64,000 bases of DNA from Nostoc sp. (lineage in GTDB: Bacteria > Cyanobacteriota > Cyanobacteriia > Cyanobacteriales > Nostocaceae): positions 52,337 to 116,336 of the forward strand of contig JBALDB010000003.1 in NCBI GenBank assembly GCA_036918135.1, in the 5' to 3' direction. The position numbers and the translations under genes are program-made. Below the pieces are notes generated by a model. It had not been told where the DNA came from, did no database searches, and worked only from the letters and a program-made list of their open reading frames with translations. Positions 52,231 through 61,122 of the stretch are shown here, piece by piece; the first letter of the stretch is position 1, and every line of letters starts with the position of its first letter.

Positions 52231-53313
52231 ATGGTATGGACTACTCTACATGCAAAAATACATCGTACTATCCGATCGCGCTATTTATTTGAGCGTCATC
52301 AAAGGCTATTAGTCGCTGTTTCAGGTGGACAAGATTCTCTGTGCTTAATTAGATTACTGTTAGATTTACAACCAAAATGGGGATGGGATTTAAGTATTGC
52401 TCATTGCGATCATCGCTGGCGTTCAGACTCCCAAGCGAACGCTAATCATGTAGAAAACTTAGCTAAAACATGGGGTATATCCTTTTATTTAGAAACAGCA
52501 AACGAACCGATAAATAGTGAAGCGGCTGCACGCGATTGGCGCTATCAAGCTTTAAGTGCGATCGCCCAAACAAATAATTATCAATATATTGTTACAGGAC
52601 ACACCGCTAGCGATCGCGCCGAAACTCTCCTCTACAATTTAATTCGCGGTACTGGTGCCGATGGTTTGCAAGCCTTGACTTGGCAACGCTCCCTAACTAC
52701 AGGCATTATACTAGTGCGTCCACTTTTAGAAATTACTCGCACCCAAACACAGCAATTTTGTCAAGATTTTCAACTACCAGTTTGGGAAGATTCCACTAAT
52801 CAAGATTTGCAATATGCCCGTAATCGTATCCGCCAAGAGTTGACACCATATTTACGAGAAAATTTCAACCCACAAGTAGAATCAGCCTTAGCCCAAACAG
52901 CAGAACTTCTACAAGCAGAAGTGGAATATTTGGAAAAAGCTGCTCAGCAATTGCGGGAAGAGGCGATGGTATGGGGCGTGGAGGATGAAGAAGAGGACAA
53001 ACACAGAAGTCTGAGCATCGGCTTCCGGCGATTGGAACCTCGGAGGAAAGACTCATTGCAATTTATCTCCTCACTCCCCTCAACTGTTCCTCTTCCCTTA
53101 CGGCTAAATCGTCGGGTATTGCAGAAAGCACCATTGGCCTTGCAACGTCGGGTGATGCGTCAGGTATTGCAGCAAATACTGACTGACGCACCTAGTTTTG
53201 AGCATATCGAAAAATTAACGGCTTTGATTAGAGCGCCAAATCGCTCGCGAACCGATCCATTTCCTGGGGGTGCGATCGCTCAAGTACAAGGCGATTGGAT
53301 CTGTTTGAAATAG
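52231..53313 (+). CDS. tilS: tRNA(Ile)-lysidine synthetase
   Basis: AVSGGQDS, AHCDH, GHTASDRAET, RPLL, DSTN....ARNRIR. Confidence 0.95.
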   Translation: MVWTTLHAKIHRTIRSRYLFERHQRLLVAVSGGQDSLCLIRLLLDLQPKWGWDLSIAHCDHRWRSDSQANANHVENLAKTWGISFYLETANEPINSEAAARDWRYQALSAIAQTNNYQYIVTGHTASDRAETLLYNLIRGTGADGLQALTWQRSLTTGIILVRPLLEITRTQTQQFCQDFQLPVWEDSTNQDLQYARNRIRQELTPYLRENFNPQVESALAQTAELLQAEVEYLEKAAQQLREEAMVWGVEDEEEDKHRSLSIGFRRLEPRRKDSLQFISSLPSTVPLPLRLNRRVLQKAPLALQRRVMRQVLQQILTDAPSFEHIEKLTALIRAPNRSRTDPFPGGAIAQVQGDWICLK

Positions 53314-53404
53314 TTTTTATGCTAAGTTGATTATTGTTCCTGAATTATCTTACACATAATTACATATATTACTCTTCACTAGTTTAGGTGAAGCTGATGT
53401 AATT

Positions 53405-55165
53405 TTAAGATGCTAACAATTCTGGTAGAGATATAAAACTCTGAAGAGTTTGGCGTATTTGAGCGATCGTTTGGAGTTGATGAGCGCCAGTTTCCTGGAA
53501 TCGATCCAAAGATTCTCCAATTTCTTGAAGTTTTTGCCGTAAGCCGTCTAAAGAATCTTGAATTGGTTGTAGTGCTTCTTCGTAGAGATTTACTCGACCA
53601 CAGCATTGAGCGGTTGCTGTTCGTAGGGATAGCAAGTTTTCCTCAATGGCTTTGAGTTCTTGGTGCTTTTGATCCAAATCGTGGGTTTGATTATCAATTA
53701 TTCCCTGAGCTAAATCGATACCAGCGCGTATCTGCTCGATCTCACGTTCCAATTTTTGGATTTCCTGTGAATATTGTTGTCGCTGGGTTTCAATTTGTAA
53801 CAGAATTGGTTCTAAATTAATTTGATTACCTTCTTTTTCCTCAGCAACAGTATGTCCTTGCCGCCGCAGCAAGACATTTTGGTGTTGCTTGAGAAACTTC
53901 TGATGCTGTAGCATATTGCGGCGTTGTCCTACCAAACTGGAGTTTAGCATCTGATAAAGGTCGTTTTCATCCGTCAGTTCCATTTGCAAATTGATCTGCT
54001 CATGGTCAGATGCTTGGTTTATTTTATTTTGTAATTCTTCTATAGCTTCTTGCTTATATTTGAGTTCTTGTTCTTGGTCGTGAACAAAACTAGCGTCTAT
54101 TTCTAACTTATGCTCTAAATCTTGGACTATTTTTTGTAGTTCTTCGAGAGGCATTTTTTGTAAAGCTTCTACATCAACTTGCCGCCCAAGAACTACATCA
54201 CCAGATGTTGCAGCCAAAGTGTGAATTTGTTGATATAAATCTTCTTGATTGCTTAACTGTTCTTTAAGTATTTGAATATACTCTTGCTTGCTGTTAAGCT
54301 CTGCTGTATTTACTTGCAATTGCGCTGTTTGCTGGACTAGAGAATTTTGGCCTAGTTGCGATGCATTTTGGCGATCGCTAAATATTTGTGACAAGCGCTC
54401 AACTTCTTCTTGTTGTTGAGCGATCGCAGTTTTTTGTTGTTGGAGTTGTTCCCAATGTGGAGTCAGAATAGCTTGCTGCTTTTCTACCAATTCAAAGGCA
54501 AGCTGAAGGTGTTGTGTTACTGTTTCTGTGGTAGGAATGCGACTTGATAGGCGATCGAGTAACTCACTCATCGCTCGACTTTGCTCCTCATCCAAAACCG
54601 TTCCTTGTTGTAAATCTGCTTGACGCTCCTCTAAGCGACGCTGCTCCCCGCGCAAATGCTCCCAAGCACCTTCTAATTCCTGACGGTTGCGCTCAATTTC
54701 TGTTTGTAAGCGTTCAATTTCCCGACAAGATGTATCAACTTCTTGTTTTTGTTGCTCTAGTTGTTGCAACTCATCTTCCATGTTTTGCAACTGTTCCAAG
54801 CGTGCTTCCATTTCCATTTCACGGCGATTCAACTCTTGCGCCTGAAACGTCAACGATTCTTTCCACTGATCGATCTCATCTTCCTTAAGCTTAAATTTCT
54901 CCAATTGGCGAGAAAAATTCTGCAAAATATTGACTAGCGGACGCCCAGCTTCTTGAATTCGCTGCACTTGACGATTCGGATTCAGTTCAGCCAGTACCAA
55001 GGCGCCATCATTTAACTTACTTGCGTCCTCACCGGCAATCACTTCTTCCGACACAGTACTCCAATTCTGGTCAGTTCGCTGACAAGCTAGTAGTTTCAGT
55101 TCGGTTTTGCCACCACCACTGAGTAAACCACCTTTCTGTTTTTGTACTTCTGCTAAATACAGCAC
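53405..55165 (-). CDS. hmpF: Pilus motility/taxis coiled-coil protein HmpF
   Basis: MLYLAEVQKQKGGLL...ELKLLACQR N-terminus, long coiled coil, divergent from the hmp chemotaxis-like genes. Confidence 0.88.
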   Translation of the reverse strand: MLYLAEVQKQKGGLLSGGGKTELKLLACQRTDQNWSTVSEEVIAGEDASKLNDGALVLAELNPNRQVQRIQEAGRPLVNILQNFSRQLEKFKLKEDEIDQWKESLTFQAQELNRREMEMEARLEQLQNMEDELQQLEQQKQEVDTSCREIERLQTEIERNRQELEGAWEHLRGEQRRLEERQADLQQGTVLDEEQSRAMSELLDRLSSRIPTTETVTQHLQLAFELVEKQQAILTPHWEQLQQQKTAIAQQQEEVERLSQIFSDRQNASQLGQNSLVQQTAQLQVNTAELNSKQEYIQILKEQLSNQEDLYQQIHTLAATSGDVVLGRQVDVEALQKMPLEELQKIVQDLEHKLEIDASFVHDQEQELKYKQEAIEELQNKINQASDHEQINLQMELTDENDLYQMLNSSLVGQRRNMLQHQKFLKQHQNVLLRRQGHTVAEEKEGNQINLEPILLQIETQRQQYSQEIQKLEREIEQIRAGIDLAQGIIDNQTHDLDQKHQELKAIEENLLSLRTATAQCCGRVNLYEEALQPIQDSLDGLRQKLQEIGESLDRFQETGAHQLQTIAQIRQTLQSFISLPELLAS

Positions 55166-55545
55166 ACTGTTAGTCCTTATTGATGCACTTAAAGTTCGTT
55201 TGGAATATACCTAAGATAATTCTGTTAACTTGTCTCACCAAACCGAGGTTTAGGAAAACAAGACAGATAAAACTATTTATAGACGCGAAATATTACGTCT
55301 TGATACTTATAGAGGCGGCTTGGCCGCGCCTTTATATTCTGTACTGATGATAGTGATGATGACTTCCGTGTTAACACTAGCTTTGTCAAGGTGTATTACG
55401 AAAGATTAAGGTTTGTAGCTTAATTTCTGACTTGATGAGAACAAGGGATAGGGTAAAAATCTTTTTAATATTCCATAATCAATACTTAAACAAGAAGTCA
55501 GAATTTAGCAATGCTTGAAGTGGGGAAAGCAGGGTAAGAGAAATA

Positions 55546-55648
55546 ATCTCATATTCGGTTGAAGATTTATTATTAGGACTGACGGGGGAAAGGGAGACGC
55601 TCTGATACAAAGAGATTTTAATAATAAGTAATTATCCGAACTTGATAT
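55546..55648. mobile_element. MITE family A copy
   Basis: Aligns by eye with 50233-50325. Confidence 0.7.
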
Positions 55649-55753
55649 AACTCCTAACTTCCAAATTAAACTACCTGCTCAAAACATGCAAAAATTGACG
55701 GACACAATTAATAAATAATATAAATGCGATTATCAGGAGTATTTTTTAGCTAA

Positions 55754-56929
55754 ATGCAGGGAAATTTAAGTGAAATTGATATTTGCAGTATTTTGCAATT
55801 AATTGAGTTGGGACAGCGAACTGGGCAATTATGGGTAGAAGCTTATAGTCACCGTAACAACAAACCTGGTGGAAATATAGCTAGTGAATATACCCCAAAA
55901 CAACAGTCTTGGTTCGTTTTTTTCCTGAATGGTCAAATTATCTATTGCCAACAAGGGGAAAGTAGTTTATCCAGGATTAGCGATTATTTGCGTCATTACC
56001 GAGTTGAGATGCGACTTGCTGATAAACAAATTGCCTCTCTGTCATCAACCGACGCCCCAGAGTATGCGTATCTTTGGGCACTCTTAGAGCAGAATATTAT
56101 CAACCCCAAGATAGCTGCTAGTATCATCTACAACTTGGTGCATGAAACCCTGTTTGACCTACTGAGTTTACACCAAGGTAATTTCATTTTCCGTCAAGGT
56201 GCGGCACTCGCTCCCCAATTACACACTTTTGAGATTAGTTATTTTGTAACAAAAATTACTAAGCAATTACAAGAGTGGAAGCAACTTTATCCACACATTC
56301 AGTCTCCCGAACAATTGCCAGTGCTATCTGACAAACTTCAGATAGAGTCCTCGCTACCAGCTGCAACCGTCAATAAACTACAACATTGGGCTGATGGTAA
56401 AACATCCCTGCGTCAACTGGCTCGTTATCTCAACCGAGACATTTTGACGGTTGCTAAGGCAATATATCCATACGTGCAACAGAGTTGGCTACAACTAGTA
56501 TATTCAACGACAAATAAACCAAATACTCACACTGATAACTGGGAATTGAAGAGAAAAAACAGGGGGCAGATAGTATGTATTGACGATGCGATCGCCATCG
56601 GTGAGACTGTAAATTCCATCTTACAAGCACAAGGTTATGAAGCGATCGTTCTCACCAATCCCCTAGAGGCACTCAGTCTAATTTTTCAACTCAACCCGGA
56701 TTTAATTTTATGCGATATTGCCATGTCCCAATTGGAAGGGTACGAAGTTTGCGCCATGCTGCGACACTCAACAGCATTTCGGCTCACACCGATTATCATG
56801 CTTACTGGTAAAGATGGATTTATCGATCGAGTCAAAGCTAGCATGGTTGGCGCAACAGATTATTTAACAAAACCATTTACAGACACTGAATTACTCATGC
56901 TTGTAGGGAAGTATATCAATAACCAATGA
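55754..56929 (+). CDS. hmpA: PatA-family response regulator (DUF4388/PATAN + receiver)
   Basis: MQGNLSEID..SILQLIELGQRTG N-terminus; C-terminal receiver ILCDIAM...GATDYLTKPF. Confidence 0.85.
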   Translation: MQGNLSEIDICSILQLIELGQRTGQLWVEAYSHRNNKPGGNIASEYTPKQQSWFVFFLNGQIIYCQQGESSLSRISDYLRHYRVEMRLADKQIASLSSTDAPEYAYLWALLEQNIINPKIAASIIYNLVHETLFDLLSLHQGNFIFRQGAALAPQLHTFEISYFVTKITKQLQEWKQLYPHIQSPEQLPVLSDKLQIESSLPAATVNKLQHWADGKTSLRQLARYLNRDILTVAKAIYPYVQQSWLQLVYSTTNKPNTHTDNWELKRKNRGQIVCIDDAIAIGETVNSILQAQGYEAIVLTNPLEALSLIFQLNPDLILCDIAMSQLEGYEVCAMLRHSTAFRLTPIIMLTGKDGFIDRVKASMVGATDYLTKPFTDTELLMLVGKYINNQ

Positions 56930-57181
56930 AAAAAAGGCATGGGGCATTGATTATTTCTCCCTTGTCTTCCTCATCTATGGGCCATATAAAAAAATCTAAG
57001 ACTTGTGGATCTACGAAAAGATGAGGTAAAAGATGTTATCACAGAATGAATCAACTCAGTGAAATATCAATATCCAGGAAACTAGTGAAAAACTAAATTT
57101 AATTTATACAGTTGATACTTGAGGGGGGAATCAGGGAATGTTCCAAATAGGAACGTTACATCAGGAGGTAGATAGACACTT

Positions 57182-57547
57182 ATGAGTACAGTTCTGATTG
57201 TAGAAGACAGTATCGCGCAAAGGGAGATGATTACAGACCTCCTGAAAGCAACTGGACTAACAGTTACCCATGCCAGTGACGGATTAGAAGCATTGGAGGC
57301 AATTCAAATAGCACCTCCCGATTTAGTGGTATTGGATATTGTCATGCCTCGGATGAACGGCTACGAAGTTTGTCGGCGGTTAAAATCCGATCCAAAAACC
57401 CAAAATGTTCCTGTGGTTATGTGTTCTTCCAAAGGCGAAGAATTCGATCGCTACTGGGGCATGAGGCAGGGTGCAGACGCTTACATAGCCAAACCCTTTC
57501 AACCAACTGAGTTGGTAGGAACAGTCAAACAACTGCTGCGAAGATAA
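57182..57547 (+). CDS. hmpB: CheY/PilH-like single-domain response regulator
   Basis: VLIVEDS, LDIVMP, GADAYIAKPF. Confidence 0.88.
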   Translation: MSTVLIVEDSIAQREMITDLLKATGLTVTHASDGLEALEAIQIAPPDLVVLDIVMPRMNGYEVCRRLKSDPKTQNVPVVMCSSKGEEFDRYWGMRQGADAYIAKPFQPTELVGTVKQLLRR

Positions 57548-57560
57548 GGATAAAAGCAAT

Positions 57561-58091
57561 ATGGTCAGCAAACCGGACTTTTTAAGTGGCAGTGGTCAAG
57601 ATCATTTCCGACCAGAATTACAAGTAGAAAGTCCTGAAGGTGAGTTACATTTGAGGTTTTACATTCCCTCGCATCAGGAGTTTGCACTACAAGCAACTGG
57701 CATTCGGGAAGTAATTGAATTAAGTCCTGATAGAATCACCCCGATTCCTAATGCTTCTCCTTTACTTTTGGGTACTCTAAATTTACGAGGTCGAGTGATT
57801 TGGGTAGCTGATTTGGGGCAATTTTTAGGCGAACCAAGTGCATTAAACACAAATAAAGCTGAAATTCCGGTGATTGCCATTGAAGAACAAGACACAATAG
57901 TAGGTTTAGCAGTAGAGGAAATCGGTGGTATGGACTGGCTAGATGTCCAAAATCTCATCCCACCAACTAGTGTTCCAGATACTATGGCTCCCTTTTTACG
58001 TGGAGAGTGGGTATTAGGTGCTAAAACTAATCAGTGTCTACGACTGCTCGATCAAATAGCAATTTTACGGAGTGCGCGGTGGGCAGGATGA
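57561..58091 (+). CDS. hmpC: CheW-like protein
   Basis: ITPIPN....[23 protein letters not shown]. Confidence 0.88.
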   Translation: MVSKPDFLSGSGQDHFRPELQVESPEGELHLRFYIPSHQEFALQATGIREVIELSPDRITPIPNASPLLLGTLNLRGRVIWVADLGQFLGEPSALNTNKAEIPVIAIEEQDTIVGLAVEEIGGMDWLDVQNLIPPTSVPDTMAPFLRGEWVLGAKTNQCLRLLDQIAILRSARWAG

Positions 58092-58105
58092 AATTGGAGG
58101 AGGAA

Positions 58106-61024
58106 ATGGCAGCAAGTATTGATGATTACCAGCCAACATATCAGCAGGCGATGACCGCCTATGTTCAAAGAAATTACGATGTTGCCGCCACTTTAGTTGA
58201 CCAAGTGGTGCAAAGTTTACCAAATGACCCGAACTCCCATTTGTTAAGGGGGCACATCTACTACGTTTTGCAGCAGTACGATGTCGCAAAACAAGAATAT
58301 CAACAGGTATTACACTTGACTAATGACCCAGAAATTATTGGTTTTGCTAATAATGGAATTGAAAATATAAATCAATACCTAGAGTCGTTTGGCTGTCAGA
58401 TTGATACATCCACAAGCCAAGAGCAAGTAAATTCCCTAGATATGTCTGATGCACTGACATATGGCAAAGAAAAATTGGCTGCTAATGAGGAATTTGATAG
58501 CAAAAACTTGGATTTGAACTTTTTTGAAGATAATTCTTCAAGAGAAGAACTATCTTCAAATAATCCTTTCGATATACCCACACAAGACAATATTGGTACA
58601 GAAAAAATATCAGATTCTTCTACAAGTTATGGCGAAGATCCTTTTGCTTTAAATCAAGAATTAGAGCAACCAGAGTCGAATAGCAGCAGTTGGGAGGAAA
58701 AAACAGAATTAGACTTACCTGCTTTTTGGCAAGAAGATATCTCCGAAGAAAGCCTGGAAGAATCATTAGTGAATAGTCATTTTACAGACAATGAAGGAAA
58801 TTCTACCAACGAAAAATTAGCTATTAACAATCATAACTCCTTATCTTCTAATTCACAAACTGGTAATACTAAGAATAATTTTGCTGATTTCTTGAGCGAG
58901 TCACAACCTGAAGATTCTAGTGTTGGAAGTTTAGAACATAAACAGCTTTATTTTGAAGATGAAACTTTACTGATTGTTGAAAAAGAACTAAACAATCAGT
59001 CTACAACCAAAGATTTAGGATATAACACTCAAGATAATTTATCAGCAACCAAACCTAATAATTGGTTAGAACAAAAAGATTTGGATGCCGACTCAGAATT
59101 TCAACCAAAATTTTCTGATGATAATGCATCTTTTGACAAAAATTTAATTTTGGATAAAAAGCAGTTTAAATCAGTTGAAGTCTTAGAGCAAAATAGCTTT
59201 AATGACGATGAAAGTTTTGATATAGAAGCATTTGAGTCTGCCTTTGGATCGGATAACATCACCTCTGATGAAGACTCAAACAATGTACTGAGTCGAGAAA
59301 ATTCTAAGAGCAATATAGAATTTTTAGATGACTTTGAGGAATTTGATGATTTAGGGAATATTCCAGGGTTTGACTTGATCGAAGGAGATGCTGATTTTGC
59401 TGATGTGGCAGTGCATTCTGCCGCAGCAGAAACCACTGGTACTGGACGCCCTCAAATCGTAGAGGCTTTTGTAAGTAATGCAGCATCGCGTGAAGAGGAA
59501 CTATTTACAATTACTGGTTCACACGAACCAGTTCCAGTTTTTACTCAAACAGATGCCTCGAAGCTAGAACCGAATGTCAGCGTCGAGCAAGGCTGGTTAG
59601 CACCATTAGAAAATGCCCCTATACAAAGAAAGCAATGGCTAATTGCTGGGACTGTGGGTATTGCCTCGGCACTGGTTGTAGCCACAGTCAGCTTTGTCGC
59701 CACCACATTTTCTCCACCTCAACAAAGGGAAAGTGTGCGAAATACAGGTTGGGCAATGGCACTAGCAGCCGGACTGACCGGTTTTACTACCGCAGGGTTG
59801 ATGGGGAATCTCACACTCAAGCAAATTCGCCGCACAACCAAGGATTTGCAAACTCAGTTTGAGGCTGTACGTCAAGGAAACCTGAATGCTCAAGCCACAG
59901 TGTATTCAGAAGATGAATTAGGGCACTTAGCTAGTGGCTTTAATGAAATGGCGCGAGTAATTTTTACGACCACAAATGAAGCCCAACGCAAAGCCGACGA
60001 ACAAGAGGAAGCTAAGGAAAATCTGCAACGCCAAGTGATTCGCTTGTTGGATGATGTGGAAGGAGCTGCCAGAGGCGATTTAACAGTCCAAGCTGAAGTC
60101 ACAGCTGACGTACTAGGAGCCGTAGCTGACGCCTTTAACCTGACAATTCAGAACCTGCGGGATATTGTCCAACAGGTAAAAGTGGCAGCCAAGGAAGTAA
60201 CAAAAGGTGCAACTAACTCGGAAACTTTTGCTAGAGCCTTATCTAGTGATGCTTTACGCCAAGCAGAAGAGTTGGCAGTGACGCTGAATTCTGTACAGGT
60301 GATGACCGACTCGATTCAGCGGGTAGCAGAGGCGGCGCGGGAAGCCGAAACTGTCGCCCGCGATGCAAGTACGATCGCCTTGAAAGGTGGCGAAGCAGTA
60401 GAAAATACTGTGGCGGGGATTTTAGAAATTCGCGAAACCGTTGCCGAAACAACTCGAAAAGTGAAGCGGCTGGCAGAATCTTCTCAAGAAATTTCTAAAA
60501 TTGTGGCATTGATTTCTCAGATTGCTTCCAGAACCAACTTACTGGCACTCAACGCCAGTATTGAAGCGGCAAGAGCGGGAGAAGCTGGACGCGGCTTTGC
60601 AATTGTAGCCGATGAAGTGCGCCAGTTAGCAGACAAATCTGCCAAATCCTTGAAGGAAATTGAACAAATTGTCATGCAGATCCAAAGCGAAACAGGCTCC
60701 GTAATGACCGCAATGGAAGAAGGCACACAACAAGTAATTAAAGGCACAAAATTGGCAGAAGAAGCCAAGCGATCGCTCGAAAATATCATTCAAGTGGCAA
60801 ATCGCATTGATATTCTGGTGCGTTCTATTACTAGCGATACTGTGGAACAAACGGAAACCTCCCGCGCCGTTGCTCACGTAATGCAATCAGTAGAACTCAC
60901 AGCCCAGGAAACTTCCCAGGAAGCACAGCGAGTTTCCGGTGCCTTACAACACCTAGTAGGTGTATCCCGTGACTTGATCGCTTCTGTGGAACGTTTCCGA
61001 GTGGAAACCCTTGAAACTAGATAA
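58106..61024 (+). CDS. hmpD: Methyl-accepting chemotaxis protein (TPR, acidic linker, TM, HAMP, MCP domain)
   Basis: GGAGGAGG RBS before [38 protein letters not shown]. Confidence 0.9.
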   Translation: MAASIDDYQPTYQQAMTAYVQRNYDVAATLVDQVVQSLPNDPNSHLLRGHIYYVLQQYDVAKQEYQQVLHLTNDPEIIGFANNGIENINQYLESFGCQIDTSTSQEQVNSLDMSDALTYGKEKLAANEEFDSKNLDLNFFEDNSSREELSSNNPFDIPTQDNIGTEKISDSSTSYGEDPFALNQELEQPESNSSSWEEKTELDLPAFWQEDISEESLEESLVNSHFTDNEGNSTNEKLAINNHNSLSSNSQTGNTKNNFADFLSESQPEDSSVGSLEHKQLYFEDETLLIVEKELNNQSTTKDLGYNTQDNLSATKPNNWLEQKDLDADSEFQPKFSDDNASFDKNLILDKKQFKSVEVLEQNSFNDDESFDIEAFESAFGSDNITSDEDSNNVLSRENSKSNIEFLDDFEEFDDLGNIPGFDLIEGDADFADVAVHSAAAETTGTGRPQIVEAFVSNAASREEELFTITGSHEPVPVFTQTDASKLEPNVSVEQGWLAPLENAPIQRKQWLIAGTVGIASALVVATVSFVATTFSPPQQRESVRNTGWAMALAAGLTGFTTAGLMGNLTLKQIRRTTKDLQTQFEAVRQGNLNAQATVYSEDELGHLASGFNEMARVIFTTTNEAQRKADEQEEAKENLQRQVIRLLDDVEGAARGDLTVQAEVTADVLGAVADAFNLTIQNLRDIVQQVKVAAKEVTKGATNSETFARALSSDALRQAEELAVTLNSVQVMTDSIQRVAEAAREAETVARDASTIALKGGEAVENTVAGILEIRETVAETTRKVKRLAESSQEISKIVALISQIASRTNLLALNASIEAARAGEAGRGFAIVADEVRQLADKSAKSLKEIEQIVMQIQSETGSVMTAMEEGTQQVIKGTKLAEEAKRSLENIIQVANRIDILVRSITSDTVEQTETSRAVAHVMQSVELTAQETSQEAQRVSGALQHLVGVSRDLIASVERFRVETLETR

Positions 61025-61027
61025 ATT

Positions 61028-61115
61028 GTCATTAGTCATTTGTTCTTTGTTATTTGCTAATGACCAATGACCAATGACTAATGACCAATGACCAATGACT
61101 AATGACTCTTGACTA
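61028..61115. repeat. STRR heptamer repeats (TGACCAA/TGACTAA) between hmpD and hmpE
   Basis: Direct tandem heptamers with an inverted GTCATTA left arm. Confidence 0.85.
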
Positions 61116-61122
61116 AAAAACT

